DNA of 23,598 nt, from contig CAYMPD010000018.1 of the NCBI GenBank assembly GCA_964392445.1, forward strand, positions 1 through 23,598, in the 5' to 3' direction. Shown one piece after another: positions 1-7,576 of this stretch. Every line of letters starts with the position of its first letter. The first letter of the stretch is position 1. The notes beneath the pieces were generated by a model that ran no database searches, was not told the DNA's origin, and saw only the letters and a list, made by a program, of their open reading frames with translations. The translations under genes were made by a program, and so were the position numbers. This stretch comes from an uncultured archaeon. GTDB lineage: Archaea; Aenigmatarchaeota; Aenigmatarchaeia; CG10238-14.

Positions 1-70
1 TTGGCACAATTTATTTCTCTTGGGATGATTATTTAGGAATTTTGTCCCACAGTCTTTTTATTTAATTGTT

Positions 71-430
71 ATGTTGTCAAAGGAAGAAATGCTCGTACCA
101 GGTCAGGACTATAATGTAATAATATTAGGGGATGATGAAATAGTACTTGATATAAGATTAAGAGATGTTCATCCTTATAGTGGACCATATTACAGATTTG
201 TGTCCCCAGAAAAGATAAAAAGTGAACCTTCAGATTTAGTTGGGTTGACGGAAGACGAATTTAGTTCAAGAGGGGTGACTTGGGTGCCTAGAATTGGTTA
301 TTTTCTAGTTAGGGTAAGCCCACCTGGATGTTTAGTTCCTTGGGGAAAAGATAAGATAACTTCAGTTTATGAAACTCCCATAACAGAGATAGGAAAAAAA
401 GATAGATTATATAGAAGAGTCCTACCATAA
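71..430 (+). CDS. Hypothetical protein (orphan, 119 aa)
   Basis: Open 119-codon ORF with ATG start and plausible composition; no recognisable motif. Confidence 0.55.
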   Translation: MLSKEEMLVPGQDYNVIILGDDEIVLDIRLRDVHPYSGPYYRFVSPEKIKSEPSDLVGLTEDEFSSRGVTWVPRIGYFLVRVSPPGCLVPWGKDKITSVYETPITEIGKKDRLYRRVLP

Positions 431-534
431 TAATCAAAATGTTAAATGAATAGATTTTAGTTATATTTGGTGTAAACTCCCCCAACTCTCCAAAACCTAG
501 CCCCTCATGGTTAATTGGATACCTCTTAGTTCAA

Positions 535-544
535 TTATTTAAAA
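535..544 (+). promoter_or_regulatory. Putative TATA box of the pheS operon
   Basis: TTATTTAAAA about 25-30 nt upstream of the 25-bp element; same geometry as TTTTAAATA at 5086-5094. Confidence 0.5.
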
Positions 545-565
545 CTAACCAACTAATAATAATCC

Positions 566-590
566 AAGTGAACGTGATGCCGTACCAATT
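566..590 (+). repeat. 25-bp exact direct repeat, copy 1 (AAGTGAACGTGATGCCGTACCAATT)
   Basis: Identical 25-mer read at 566-590 and 5117-5141. Confidence 0.95.
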
Positions 591-616
591 TCTAAGCTAA
601 CTCAAACCGAAGATTT

Positions 617-649
617 TTCTACTCTTAAAACTAAACCATTAAGAGAGGA
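617..649 (+). promoter_or_regulatory. Hairpin occluding the pheS ribosome-binding site
   Basis: CTCTTAA (622-628) pairs perfectly with TTAAGAG (639-645), extendable by TTCT/AGGA past a bulged A621; covers the purine-rich GAGAGGA 5 nt before the ATG at 655. Confidence 0.5.
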
Positions 650-654
650 TAACA

Positions 655-2181
655 ATGAATGACAAGGAATTAATCAATAGATTACATAATAACGAAAAAA
701 GGATTCTAAAGGCTCTAGAAGGAAAGAAATCATTAACTTTCAAAGAATTGCAACAAGAAACTAATCTAAACAAAGACACTCTTGAGAAAGCATCACTCTG
801 GGCAAAGGTTAAAGGAGTGTTAAAAATAGATGAGGAAATAACTGAATTTCTGGAATTGACAAAAGAAGGTGAAGAATATGCCAAAAATGAATTACCAGAA
901 AGAAAACTTCTAAATGAAGTTAAAAAAGGAGAATCGGAAATATCCAAACTCAAGAAAAAAGTGAAAAAGTTTGATATAGGTTTAGTTTGGCTGAACAAGA
1001 ATAATTGGGTTGAGATCCAAAAAGGTGAATTAAAATTAACAAACAAAGGAAGGAAAGCATTGGAAGAAACATTGCCCGAGGAAAAAATCCTTTCTAAACT
1101 AACTAAAGGAAAACAAAAAGCTAAAGATTTTGATCCAATAGTAATTGATAAGTTGGAAAAAAGAGGCTTAATAGATAAATCAGTCAAGAAAAAAAGAGAT
1201 GTTTCATTAACAAAAAGAGGAAAGGAAATTTTACCGAAAATTGAAATCAACCAAAATATAGGTCAATTAACACCAAAAATACTAAAGGAAAAAACTTGGA
1301 AAGAGTCTGGTATTCGACCTTATGACGTTACTTTACCCACGTCCAACATTCATCCTGCGAAAAAGCACTACATGACCCAGATAATAGAGTACATTCGCCA
1401 AATTTGGACAGATATGGGATTCAAAGAGATGACTGGACCATTGCTTGACATTTCATTCTGGAACTTTGATGCTCTATATCAACCTCAAGATCACCCCGCT
1501 CGGGATATGGCAGATACATTTTACATGAAAATACCTGAGAAGGGCAAATTACCAGATGAAGAAATAGTTGAAAAAGTAAAAATGACCCACGAAAATGGAT
1601 GGGATACTAGTTCTAAGGGTTGGCAATATGATTGGGATCCTGAATTTGCAAGAAAATGTGTTTTAAGAACACATACTACTTCATTGTCATCAAGAACTCT
1701 AGCTCAATTAAGAAAGGATATTGATAAAAATGCTTTGCCTGCAAAATACTTTTCCGTGGGTAGATGTTTTAGGAACGAAACGATCGATTGGAAACATTTG
1801 GCGGAATTCTATCAGACTGACGGAATAGTTGTCGGTGAAGATGTTAATTTTAGACAATTCCTATTTTATTTGAAAAGATATTTCTCCAAACTTGGATTCC
1901 CAAAGGCTAGATTTAGACCCGCGTACTTTCCTTACACAGAAATGTCAACAGAAATAGAAGTTTTCCATCCAAAACACAAAGAATGGTTAGAACTAGGTGG
2001 TGCTGGGATTTTCAGACCTGAAGTTGTAAAACCTCTTTTGGGTAAAGATATCCCCGTTTTAGCATGGGGACCTGGATTTGGAAGAATAGTTATGATGAAT
2101 TACGAGGTTGATGATATGAGAGAATTGTATACGAATGATCTGAAAAAAATAAGAGAAGCTAAAATATGGTTGGGTTTATGA
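655..2181 (+). CDS. pheS: Phenylalanyl-tRNA synthetase alpha subunit, archaeal type
   Basis: N-terminal wHTH extension, FWNFDALYQPQDHPARDMADTFY, LRTHTT, motif 2 FRNETIDWKHLAEFYQ, FRPAYFPYTE, motif 3 GGAGIFRPEV..AWG.G..R. Confidence 0.97.
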   Translation: MNDKELINRLHNNEKRILKALEGKKSLTFKELQQETNLNKDTLEKASLWAKVKGVLKIDEEITEFLELTKEGEEYAKNELPERKLLNEVKKGESEISKLKKKVKKFDIGLVWLNKNNWVEIQKGELKLTNKGRKALEETLPEEKILSKLTKGKQKAKDFDPIVIDKLEKRGLIDKSVKKKRDVSLTKRGKEILPKIEINQNIGQLTPKILKEKTWKESGIRPYDVTLPTSNIHPAKKHYMTQIIEYIRQIWTDMGFKEMTGPLLDISFWNFDALYQPQDHPARDMADTFYMKIPEKGKLPDEEIVEKVKMTHENGWDTSSKGWQYDWDPEFARKCVLRTHTTSLSSRTLAQLRKDIDKNALPAKYFSVGRCFRNETIDWKHLAEFYQTDGIVVGEDVNFRQFLFYLKRYFSKLGFPKARFRPAYFPYTEMSTEIEVFHPKHKEWLELGGAGIFRPEVVKPLLGKDIPVLAWGPGFGRIVMMNYEVDDMRELYTNDLKKIREAKIWLGL

Positions 2182-2951
2182 AAGAAGTACTAATCAAAAC
2201 CGCAAAAGAATCAGGGAAGATTTTGTTAGATAACATAGGAGGTGAAAAAGCCACTACTGTACTCGAGCAAAAAAGTAGATATGACTATTCAACGAAAATG
2301 GACAAACTGATCGAAGACAAAATAATTCAAGACTTCAGAGAAAATGGAATCAAAGGGACGGTAATAGCAGAGGAAGGTGGTGAAACTAAATTGAGTGATG
2401 ACGATTACAAGATTTATGTGGATCCTTTGGATGGAACTATTAATTATTCAATAGAGATACCTGTGTTCTGTACTTCAATTGGTGTTAAAAAAGGCAATGA
2501 GATGAAAATGGGTGTTATATATTACCCGGTCAGAGATGAATTATTCTTTGCTGAAAGGGGAAAGGGTGCGTTTTTAAATGGGGAGAAGATTTATTTAAGT
2601 GGTCAAAATAGCTTGGAAGATTCTACACTTGAAGTCGGTTGGAGTTCTGACCAAAAAAAAGAAAGAGATGATATCTTAAAAAAACTTGAGATGGTAGTTG
2701 GAGTCAGAATGTTATGTTGTGCTGCACTTGCAGTCGCTTTTGTTGGGTGTGGTCGGTTTGATGGTTTAGTTCATACATCAGCACATCATCCGTGGGACAT
2801 TGCAGCGGGAAGTGTTATAATTGAAGAAGCTGGTGGTAAAATAATAGATTTTAATGGTAAAAGATGGGATGAGAATAGTGAAACTTTGGTTGCTTCTAAC
2901 AAGGTATTGCACAAACAACTTTTGGAAGTGTTGGAGGATTGGGATAAATGA
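2178..2951 (+). CDS. Inositol monophosphatase / SuhB-like (IMPase-FBPase family)
   Basis: IAEE, DPLDGTINY and WDIAAG motifs. Start taken at ATG 2178, which overlaps the pheS stop (ATGA). Confidence 0.9.
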   Translation: MKEVLIKTAKESGKILLDNIGGEKATTVLEQKSRYDYSTKMDKLIEDKIIQDFRENGIKGTVIAEEGGETKLSDDDYKIYVDPLDGTINYSIEIPVFCTSIGVKKGNEMKMGVIYYPVRDELFFAERGKGAFLNGEKIYLSGQNSLEDSTLEVGWSSDQKKERDDILKKLEMVVGVRMLCCAALAVAFVGCGRFDGLVHTSAHHPWDIAAGSVIIEEAGGKIIDFNGKRWDENSETLVASNKVLHKQLLEVLEDWDK

Positions 2952-3064
2952 AAAATGGTTTAAAATTCAACTTTCAGTTAAAACCGAAAGTTTCGGGAAA
3001 AACCGGAAACTGGTGTTCACTAAAAAGCGAACATCTTGGAAAAAACCGAACGGGTGAAAAATAA
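2948..3064 (+). CDS. Putative 38-aa bridge peptide MKNGLKFNFQLKPKVSGKTGNWCSLKSEHLGKNRTGEK (not in ORF track)
   Basis: ATG overlaps the IMPase TGA (ATGA); its TAA (3062-3064) directly abuts the pheT ATG in the same frame. Confidence 0.45.
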   Translation: MKNGLKFNFQLKPKVSGKTGNWCSLKSEHLGKNRTGEK

Positions 3065-4759
3065 ATGCCAGTAATATCAATCGATAAAAAAGACTTTTGT
3101 CAACTAGCAGGAAAAGAGTTTACAATAGAAGAAATTGCAGAAAATATACCAATGATGGGAACAGCTTGGGAAGGTGTTAGAGGTGATACGTTTGATGTTG
3201 AAGTGTTCCCAAACCGTCCAGACATGTTGTCAGTGGAAGGGTTAGCCAGAGCTTTCTCGAGTTATATGGGTGTTAACTCTGGTCTAAGAAATTATCAATT
3301 AGAAGGATCACAAGAAATGGTAGTGGTCGAAAATAAAGTAGCTGAGGTAAGACCTTACTTCGTTTCGTGTATTATCAAAGATGTTGAATTCAATGATGAT
3401 TTTATTAAATCTGTAATGCAATTACAAGAGAAATTACACATCACTCACTCTAGAAAAAGAAAGAAAACTGCGATTGGTCTCCATGATTATGACAAGATAG
3501 TTTTCCCAGTTATCTATACAACTAAACCAAAAGATTTCAAATTTATCCCACTTGAAGAGAATAAAGAAATGACATTGGAAGAAATTCTTGAAAAGCATCC
3601 TAAAGGTAAAGAATATGCCTGGATACTTGAGGGGATGGAAGAATATCCACTATTACATGATGCTCGCGACAGAGTTTTATCAATGCCACCAATAAGTAAC
3701 TCAGAAGATACTAAGGTTGAGGAAACTACCAAGAATATTTTTGTTGATATAACTGCTACTGATGAAAAGACTGCTAATGAAGTTCTGAATATAATTGCAA
3801 CTACTTTTGCTGATAGAGGAGCTAAGATTCATAAGATAAAAATAAAGTATCCTGGAAAAATGATTTACACACCTGACTTTAGCCCGCAAGCGATGACTGT
3901 TGAGTCTAACTACATAAATAAACTCCTGGGACTGAAATTAAAAAATAAAGAAATAATTGAACTTCTGAGAAGAATGGGGCATGATGTAGAAGAAATAGGA
4001 AGTGATAAATTAAGAGTGTTCTCACCTTGTTATCGGACAGACATAATGCATCCAATGGATCTGGTTGAGGATGTTGCTATTGCTTATGGTTATGATAAAT
4101 TTGAACCCAAGATTCCGAATATAGCGACTATTGGTGAAGAGGATCCAAAAGAGGTTTTCTGTACTAATTTGAGATCACTTCTGGTGGGATATGGTTTGCA
4201 GGAAGTTGTTACATTCATACTCACGAACAAGAATGATTTGTTTAAAAAAATGAACATGGAGGAAAGGGCTATAGCCGAGACAAGTAATGCGAAGACAAGC
4301 GAGTACAATGTTGTTAGAAATTGGTTATTACCTAGTTTAATGGAAGTACTCGCGGGGAATAAACACAATGAATACCCTCAAAATCTGTTTGAAGTGGGAG
4401 AAGTAGTTGAACTTGCTGATAATGATATCGGAAATAAAACCATGAAAAGGCTTGCGATAACTCTTTGTCATTCAAAAGCTAATTTTTCCGAGATGAAGTC
4501 GTTGGTTGAAAGTATTCTTGCTAATGTTGGTGTGGATAGTTACAAAGTTGAAAAATCTGAATGTCCTTGCTATGTTCCTGGACGTGCTGTAAAGTTCACT
4601 GTTAATGATAGAGCCTTAGCTAGGTTTGGGGAGATTGATCCTAAAGTACTGGAAAAATGGGGGTTAGAAATGCCTGTTGTTGGCGGAGAGATTTGTGTAG
4701 AATTGTTATTTGATTTGATTAATAATGAAACCCAAAGATATTTCAAAAATTCATCTTGA
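3065..4759 (+). CDS. pheT: Phenylalanyl-tRNA synthetase beta subunit, archaeal/eukaryotic type
   Basis: MPVI start, EVFPNRPDMLSVEGLARA, LQEKLH...R.RKK.AIGLHD, VLSMPPI.NS, R.DIMHPMDLVEDVAIAYGY, NKHNEYPQNLFEVG. Confidence 0.97.
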   Translation: MPVISIDKKDFCQLAGKEFTIEEIAENIPMMGTAWEGVRGDTFDVEVFPNRPDMLSVEGLARAFSSYMGVNSGLRNYQLEGSQEMVVVENKVAEVRPYFVSCIIKDVEFNDDFIKSVMQLQEKLHITHSRKRKKTAIGLHDYDKIVFPVIYTTKPKDFKFIPLEENKEMTLEEILEKHPKGKEYAWILEGMEEYPLLHDARDRVLSMPPISNSEDTKVEETTKNIFVDITATDEKTANEVLNIIATTFADRGAKIHKIKIKYPGKMIYTPDFSPQAMTVESNYINKLLGLKLKNKEIIELLRRMGHDVEEIGSDKLRVFSPCYRTDIMHPMDLVEDVAIAYGYDKFEPKIPNIATIGEEDPKEVFCTNLRSLLVGYGLQEVVTFILTNKNDLFKKMNMEERAIAETSNAKTSEYNVVRNWLLPSLMEVLAGNKHNEYPQNLFEVGEVVELADNDIGNKTMKRLAITLCHSKANFSEMKSLVESILANVGVDSYKVEKSECPCYVPGRAVKFTVNDRALARFGEIDPKVLEKWGLEMPVVGGEICVELLFDLINNETQRYFKNSS

Positions 4760-5063
4760 AAAAGAAATCGGAAAAATCGAGAAACCCTGGTATCCTGTAG
4801 ATATAACTAGGATAAATGACCAAGTAATTAGACTAGCTAAATTTGATGGTAAATTTCATTGGCATAAACATACAACTGAAGATGAACTTTTTTATGTATT
4901 AAAAGGAGAGATTAATATTCACCTAAAAGATCAACCCAATATAAAATTAAATGAGGGGGAAATGGTGGTGATACCTAAGGGGATAGAACATTGTCCTGAA
5001 AGTGAAAAGCCTTCATATGTTCTTTTATTTGAACCTTTTAACTTGAAGAGTAAAGGTGATTAG
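4725..5063 (+). CDS. Cupin-domain protein
   Basis: Cupin motifs FHWHKHTTEDELFYVLKG and GEMVVIPKGIEHCP; overlaps the pheT 3' end by 35 nt. Confidence 0.88.
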   Translation: MKPKDISKIHLEKEIGKIEKPWYPVDITRINDQVIRLAKFDGKFHWHKHTTEDELFYVLKGEINIHLKDQPNIKLNEGEMVVIPKGIEHCPESEKPSYVLLFEPFNLKSKGD

Positions 5064-5116
5064 TTCAACTCTACTTGCGGGTTTCTTTTAAATATACGAT
5101 TGACAAAATTAATGAG

Positions 5117-5141
5117 AAGTGAACGTGATGCCGTACCAATT
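5117..5141 (+). repeat. 25-bp exact direct repeat, copy 2
   Basis: Identical to 566-590; TTTTAAATA at 5086-5094 lies upstream. Confidence 0.95.
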
Positions 5142-5199
5142 CGAGAGTTTGGTTTAGAACTTTGGTATTTGGTTAGACCTATTTCTGTGCGAGGTGTTG

Positions 5200-5534
5200 A
5201 TGGTGACTGAACGCCAATTTATCTAGCCGAGGGACAATTAGAGGTTCTTCGGAAAATTATTGAAAGAGGATTGAATGATAATCAGATACTTATTCTCGGC
5301 GAGCTTGCAAGTAATGGTCATTATCTTACTGTTACTGACTGCCTGAATAGTATGTCAAAAAAATATGGTATTGCCGAATCTACTCTTCGTTGGAATGTTA
5401 ATGTACTGAAGGATTTGGGATTAATCAAATGCGGTAATGGTGATCCTATCTTACTTACTGATTTTGGAATACTAGTTTGTAAAATTTTAGGAGGTGATGA
5501 ATGGTGTTCTGGTCCCCAAGATTTGGGAAAATAG
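5200..5534 (+). CDS. Winged-helix putative transcription regulator with an apparent 5' frameshift (track start TTG 5271)
   Basis: wHTH-like SKKYGIAESTLRWNVNVLKDLGLIKCG...ILLTDFG. The frame is open and protein-like upstream of 5271 (YLAEGQLEVLRKIIERG), but the SD GAGGTG (5191-5196) and ATG 5200 are in another frame (MVTERQFI*). Confidence 0.65.
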
Positions 5535-5722
5535 AAAATCCAACCCTGAGTGAAATACTATTAACAGAGATGAGAAAAGACCCGGAAAGAGGATATAGAT
5601 CTACTTACTTAGCAGATGGAATAAACTATACCCCACAAGAAGTCGGAGAGGAATTAGCTAGAATGAGAGAATCAGGAGTTGTTATAAAAAATGGCAAAAG
5701 TTGGTATCTAACTGAAAAGTAA
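5501..5722 (+). CDS. Small winged-helix protein
   Basis: SD GGAGGTGA before the ATG; pattern YRSTYLADGINYTPQEVGEELARMRESGVVIKNGKSWYL fits a wHTH. Confidence 0.7.
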   Translation: MVFWSPRFGKIENPTLSEILLTEMRKDPERGYRSTYLADGINYTPQEVGEELARMRESGVVIKNGKSWYLTEK

Positions 5723-5789
5723 AACATAGAGAAAATAATAAAGTGAATAGCAATACCATTTAAATCTTTTAGTTTTTATTAGTTAGCAG

Positions 5790-6002
5790 GTGATTGGTAT
5801 TTCAAGAAAGAATGTTGATGTTAGTGTGAGTTTACCTGATGGTTATGGGCTTTCAGTTGTGAGAGGTAAGAGAGGAGGCTATGATTGGACAATAACTCTT
5901 CATGGAACTCCATTACGTTCAGATACTGTTCAAGCACTTAACCCATGCTATTTCGAAGCTCTCTGTAGGCAACATCAGGAAAAGAAAACAATAATAAGTT
6001 AA
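5790..6002 (+). CDS. Hypothetical protein
   Basis: 70-codon ORF after a TTTAAAT box at about 5760; GTG start uncertain. Confidence 0.45.
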   Translation: MIGISRKNVDVSVSLPDGYGLSVVRGKRGGYDWTITLHGTPLRSDTVQALNPCYFEALCRQHQEKKTIIS

Positions 6003-6075
6003 TGAAACAAATGTCTCATTTTTCAGTCGGTAACTACTAGAACTATCCAACTAACCTTTAATTGGGTAGAGTAAA

Positions 6076-6267
6076 ATGGATGGTTTGGTAACTCGGACAG
6101 GAGAAGAAAAAATCAAAGGATTCCTAAGAACATTAACAGACCAGGAGAAAATAGAACTGATAGAAGAAGTTCAAAAAATGGTTAACTTGAAAACACTTGA
6201 CTTGGATAAACTTGAGAAGAAAGTTGTTGAAGGTGAATACGACTTAATGGACGACTATTATTACTAA
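6076..6267 (+). CDS. Hypothetical acidic helical protein
   Basis: 63-codon ORF, ATG start, E/K-rich helical composition. Confidence 0.6.
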   Translation: MDGLVTRTGEEKIKGFLRTLTDQEKIELIEEVQKMVNLKTLDLDKLEKKVVEGEYDLMDDYYY

Positions 6268-6301
6268 AAACTAATTTCTTCTAGGATTCATTTATTCCAA
6301 A

Positions 6302-7075
6302 TTATTGGCCTCTGAACAAACTAACAACTCTTTCCCAAAGACTAGTTTCTCTCTCAGGAGGCTCGTATCTCACATCGCACAGATTAGCAGCCAACTTCTT
6401 AATTTCAACAGCTGCTGGAGATTCGGGATCATATCCAACAACCGGTTGCTTTTGACCAATACTTTCAGGAATAGTCTCGTCTTCGGGTATTTCTGCTATT
6501 ACTGGAACATCTAACAAATCACTTATCTGCTCCGCAGTTAGTTCATGTTCTTTCCCCTTAACACGATTAACAACCACTCCTAGAATATTGATCTCGGTTT
6601 TTTCAGCGAGTTTAACCATTTTTAATGCATCAGTGACTGCAGGTAGATTAGGATTTGTGATAATTATTGTCTCATCACCTGCCGATAATGCCGATAAAGC
6701 TTCTTTTCCAATTCCTGCAGAACTATCGACAATAATATAATCTGCTCTTCCAAGTAATGAAAATGTTACTTCTGGGAGTCTGGTTACGTCAACACCCTTA
6801 AGATCACTTAAACCGAGAGAAGCAGGAATAACATCAAACCCATAAGCATGAGGATAAATTGCATCTCTTAACCTAGTTTCACTTTTTAAAACATCATGTA
6901 ATGTTCTTTTAGGGAGATGTAAACCCAGATGTAGTCCTAAGTTGGGTGTAGTTAGATTTCCGTCCATTGCTATTACTTTCTGTCCAAAGTCCGCCAATGC
7001 GGCTGCTAGATTACTTGTTATAGTCGTTTTACCCACTCCGCCCTTACCTGAGGTGACTACTATTAGACGCGTCAT
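6302..7075 (-). CDS. minD: Archaeal MinD-family ATPase
   Basis: Deviant Walker A SGKGGVGKTT, D.NLTTPNLGLHLG, DSSAGIG, C-terminal amphipathic helix SLWERVVSLF. Confidence 0.9.
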   Translation of the reverse strand: MTRLIVVTSGKGGVGKTTITSNLAAALADFGQKVIAMDGNLTTPNLGLHLGLHLPKRTLHDVLKSETRLRDAIYPHAYGFDVIPASLGLSDLKGVDVTRLPEVTFSLLGRADYIIVDSSAGIGKEALSALSAGDETIIITNPNLPAVTDALKMVKLAEKTEINILGVVVNRVKGKEHELTAEQISDLLDVPVIAEIPEDETIPESIGQKQPVVGYDPESPAAVEIKKLAANLCDVRYEPPERETSLWERVVSLFRGQ

Positions 7076-7118
7076 TGTTATACCTAAGATAAATATAGTA
7101 GAGATGTATTATTAAATT

Positions 7119-7388
7119 TTAGTAGGGTCTTTTTCTATAAAAATGTGATGATCTGCTACCCTTACTTTTTGAACGGGGACAACTCGAATTACAGGGATTT
7201 AAAAGAGCATTATAATTTTCTTCACTTATAGATTTAGAACCTTCTCTTGGTATATCTATGTATTGATCGTGGATATTTTCGTATACTCTTACTGTAGTAC
7301 CTTCTCTAAATTTACTGGGCCTTAAACTGGGCCAACCTAATACTCTAAATGCTTTCCTAATTGCGATTCTCTTGCAGATATTAACCAA
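7119..7388 (-). CDS. Hypothetical protein, possibly the remnant of a longer ORF from ATG 7436 interrupted by an in-frame TAG
   Basis: 89-codon TTG ORF; an in-frame ATG lies 16 codons upstream with TAG at its codon 13. Confidence 0.4.
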   Translation of the reverse strand: MVNICKRIAIRKAFRVLGWPSLRPSKFREGTTVRVYENIHDQYIDIPREGSKSISEENYNALLNPCNSSCPRSKSKGSRSSHFYRKRPY

Positions 7389-7576
7389 CCTCCTTTTCTA
7401 AACTCGAGATACCAGATTTCTATAATTGAAAATCATACCAAAATTTATTTTCCCCAATAATTAAAAATTGAGGTTCAAAACATATAGTAATATTTTTTCT
7501 ATTTAAGATAATTATTTTTTCTATCTGAAATAATTTTAAATATTTAACGATTATTCCACTTGGTATATAATAAGAA

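Noticed and set aside
566-590. 25-mer as a known riboswitch (guanidine-III GCCGUACC, fluoride UGAUGCC.UAC, TPP GAACCUGAU), T-box, C/D box sRNA or tRNA acceptor mimic (..ACCA)
   Set aside because: Only short partial matches; the required partner strands, D boxes and stable stems are missing from one or both copies.
639-1250. 203-aa antisense ORF, and other shadow ORFs (3514, 3701, 4090, 6305, 8288, 12259, 12690, 12820, 13334, 13588, 13896, 14839, 14930, 15403, 15819, 17036, 19214, 20272, 20485, 20520, 22944)
   Set aside because: They lie within well-supported genes and show the S/F/L-rich composition expected from the reverse or shifted frame of K/E-rich coding sequence.
2854-3057. 67-aa ORF overlapping the IMPase end
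   Set aside because: Overlaps the IMPase by about 100 nt in another frame; the 2948-3064 frame fits the gene junctions exactly.
566-5141. pheS-pheT block as a mobile element with 25-bp att sites
   Set aside because: The cargo is essential housekeeping, there is no recombinase, and both copies sit at promoter-proximal positions; a regulatory role fits better.
566-5141. CRISPR array
   Set aside because: Only two copies 4.5 kb apart, no spacers and no cas genes.
589-5160. Partial reverse complementarity between the two leaders (TTCTAAGCTAACTC versus GAGTTTGGTTTAGAA)
   Set aside because: Low-complexity match that the local A/C versus G/T skew can explain.
7388-7436. Amber recoding suggested by TAG after upstream ATGs (5224, ~7400, ~17502)
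   Set aside because: TAG ends leuS, the cupin and the CmpX-like gene at their expected C-termini, and two of the three cases also need a frameshift.
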